A DNA stretch of 64,000 bases, taken from Phoronis australis. Its lineage: Eukaryota; Animalia; Phoronida. Below are positions 63,424-64,000 of the stretch, one piece after another. The notes under the pieces were generated by a model. It saw only the letters and a program-made list of their open reading frames with translations, made no database searches and was not told the DNA's origin. The DNA lies in the NCBI GenBank assembly GCA_002633005.1, contig NMRA01000217.1:310001-374000 (forward strand), written 5' to 3'. Every line of letters begins with the position of its first letter. Position 1 is the stretch's first letter. A program made the position numbers and the translations under genes.

Positions 63424-64000
63424 TGCGGGTGTTAGGCTTTAGGCATCTACATGCACATGTTTGGTTTGTTTTGATTTTTGTGCTTCTTCATAATCCCAGT
63501 TCACTGCAGTCAGGCAGGTATACTGTTCTGAATGTTTCCAAATTAATAGGGTTACAGCAGAAACTGCATCTCAGTTGAAGAGTCTCCTTTCTTATTCTTA
63601 CCCATGTTATTGGCACAGTAACATAAAAGTTTAATGTGCTTGTACTGCTTTCAGTTGTTGAGGGGTACCTATTGTTACATAGTGGTGGGCGAACCAATGA
63701 TTTATGGACCAGTGATTTTAGGACAAGGGGCTGAGAACATGTCCACCTTGGGTTAGTGGACTAACTTGGTGACAAATTCCTTACAGGATGGGGGTAGATG
63801 ACGCTGTTTCTTCAAGGTTAACAATGTCACTGTTGAGTTTTAGTTGTAATTATTATTTAATTTCACGTTAATTGTGATCGTTTTGTTTCTTGGGATTTTT
63901 GTGTGCCATTGTCTGACACTAGGTGGAGTTGCAAAATGTTATTCAAGTGCCATGACTTAAAACTTTTATCAATGAGAGGACATAGAAATGGTTTTGGAAA

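Overview
Intron-rich, AT-rich eukaryotic DNA, most likely an invertebrate animal (inferred from gene structure and repeat types). It comes from a draft scaffold with N-gaps at 1670-2318 and 23486-23540 and single-N joins at 25452 and 42262. Two spliced protein-coding genes lie on the + strand. (1) A 5'-truncated NUP210/gp210 nuclear pore membrane glycoprotein: 35 coding exons traced by hand from 337 to the stop at 35016, one of them present twice. (2) A complete UAP1 (UDP-N-acetylglucosamine pyrophosphorylase): 9 core coding exons, 47300-63284, 499 aa. Introns and the intergenic region contain MITEs, LINE remnants and minisatellites. Most ORFs in the supplied track are exon fragments or noise. 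The most notable points concern UAP1 isoform architecture: an upstream exon adding an in-frame, presequence-like N-terminal extension behind a weak-context ATG; a 30-nt cassette exon near the AGX1/AGX2 insertion site that creates a KAKRPRL basic motif; and an 8 x 52-bp tandem array that copies the end of the penultimate exon with its 5' splice site. NUP210 has a U12-type intron, a candidate 60-nt juxtamembrane cassette exon and a duplicated exon that is probably an uncollapsed haplotype. No new gene family is evident; the isoform claims are sequence-based hypotheses that need transcript data.
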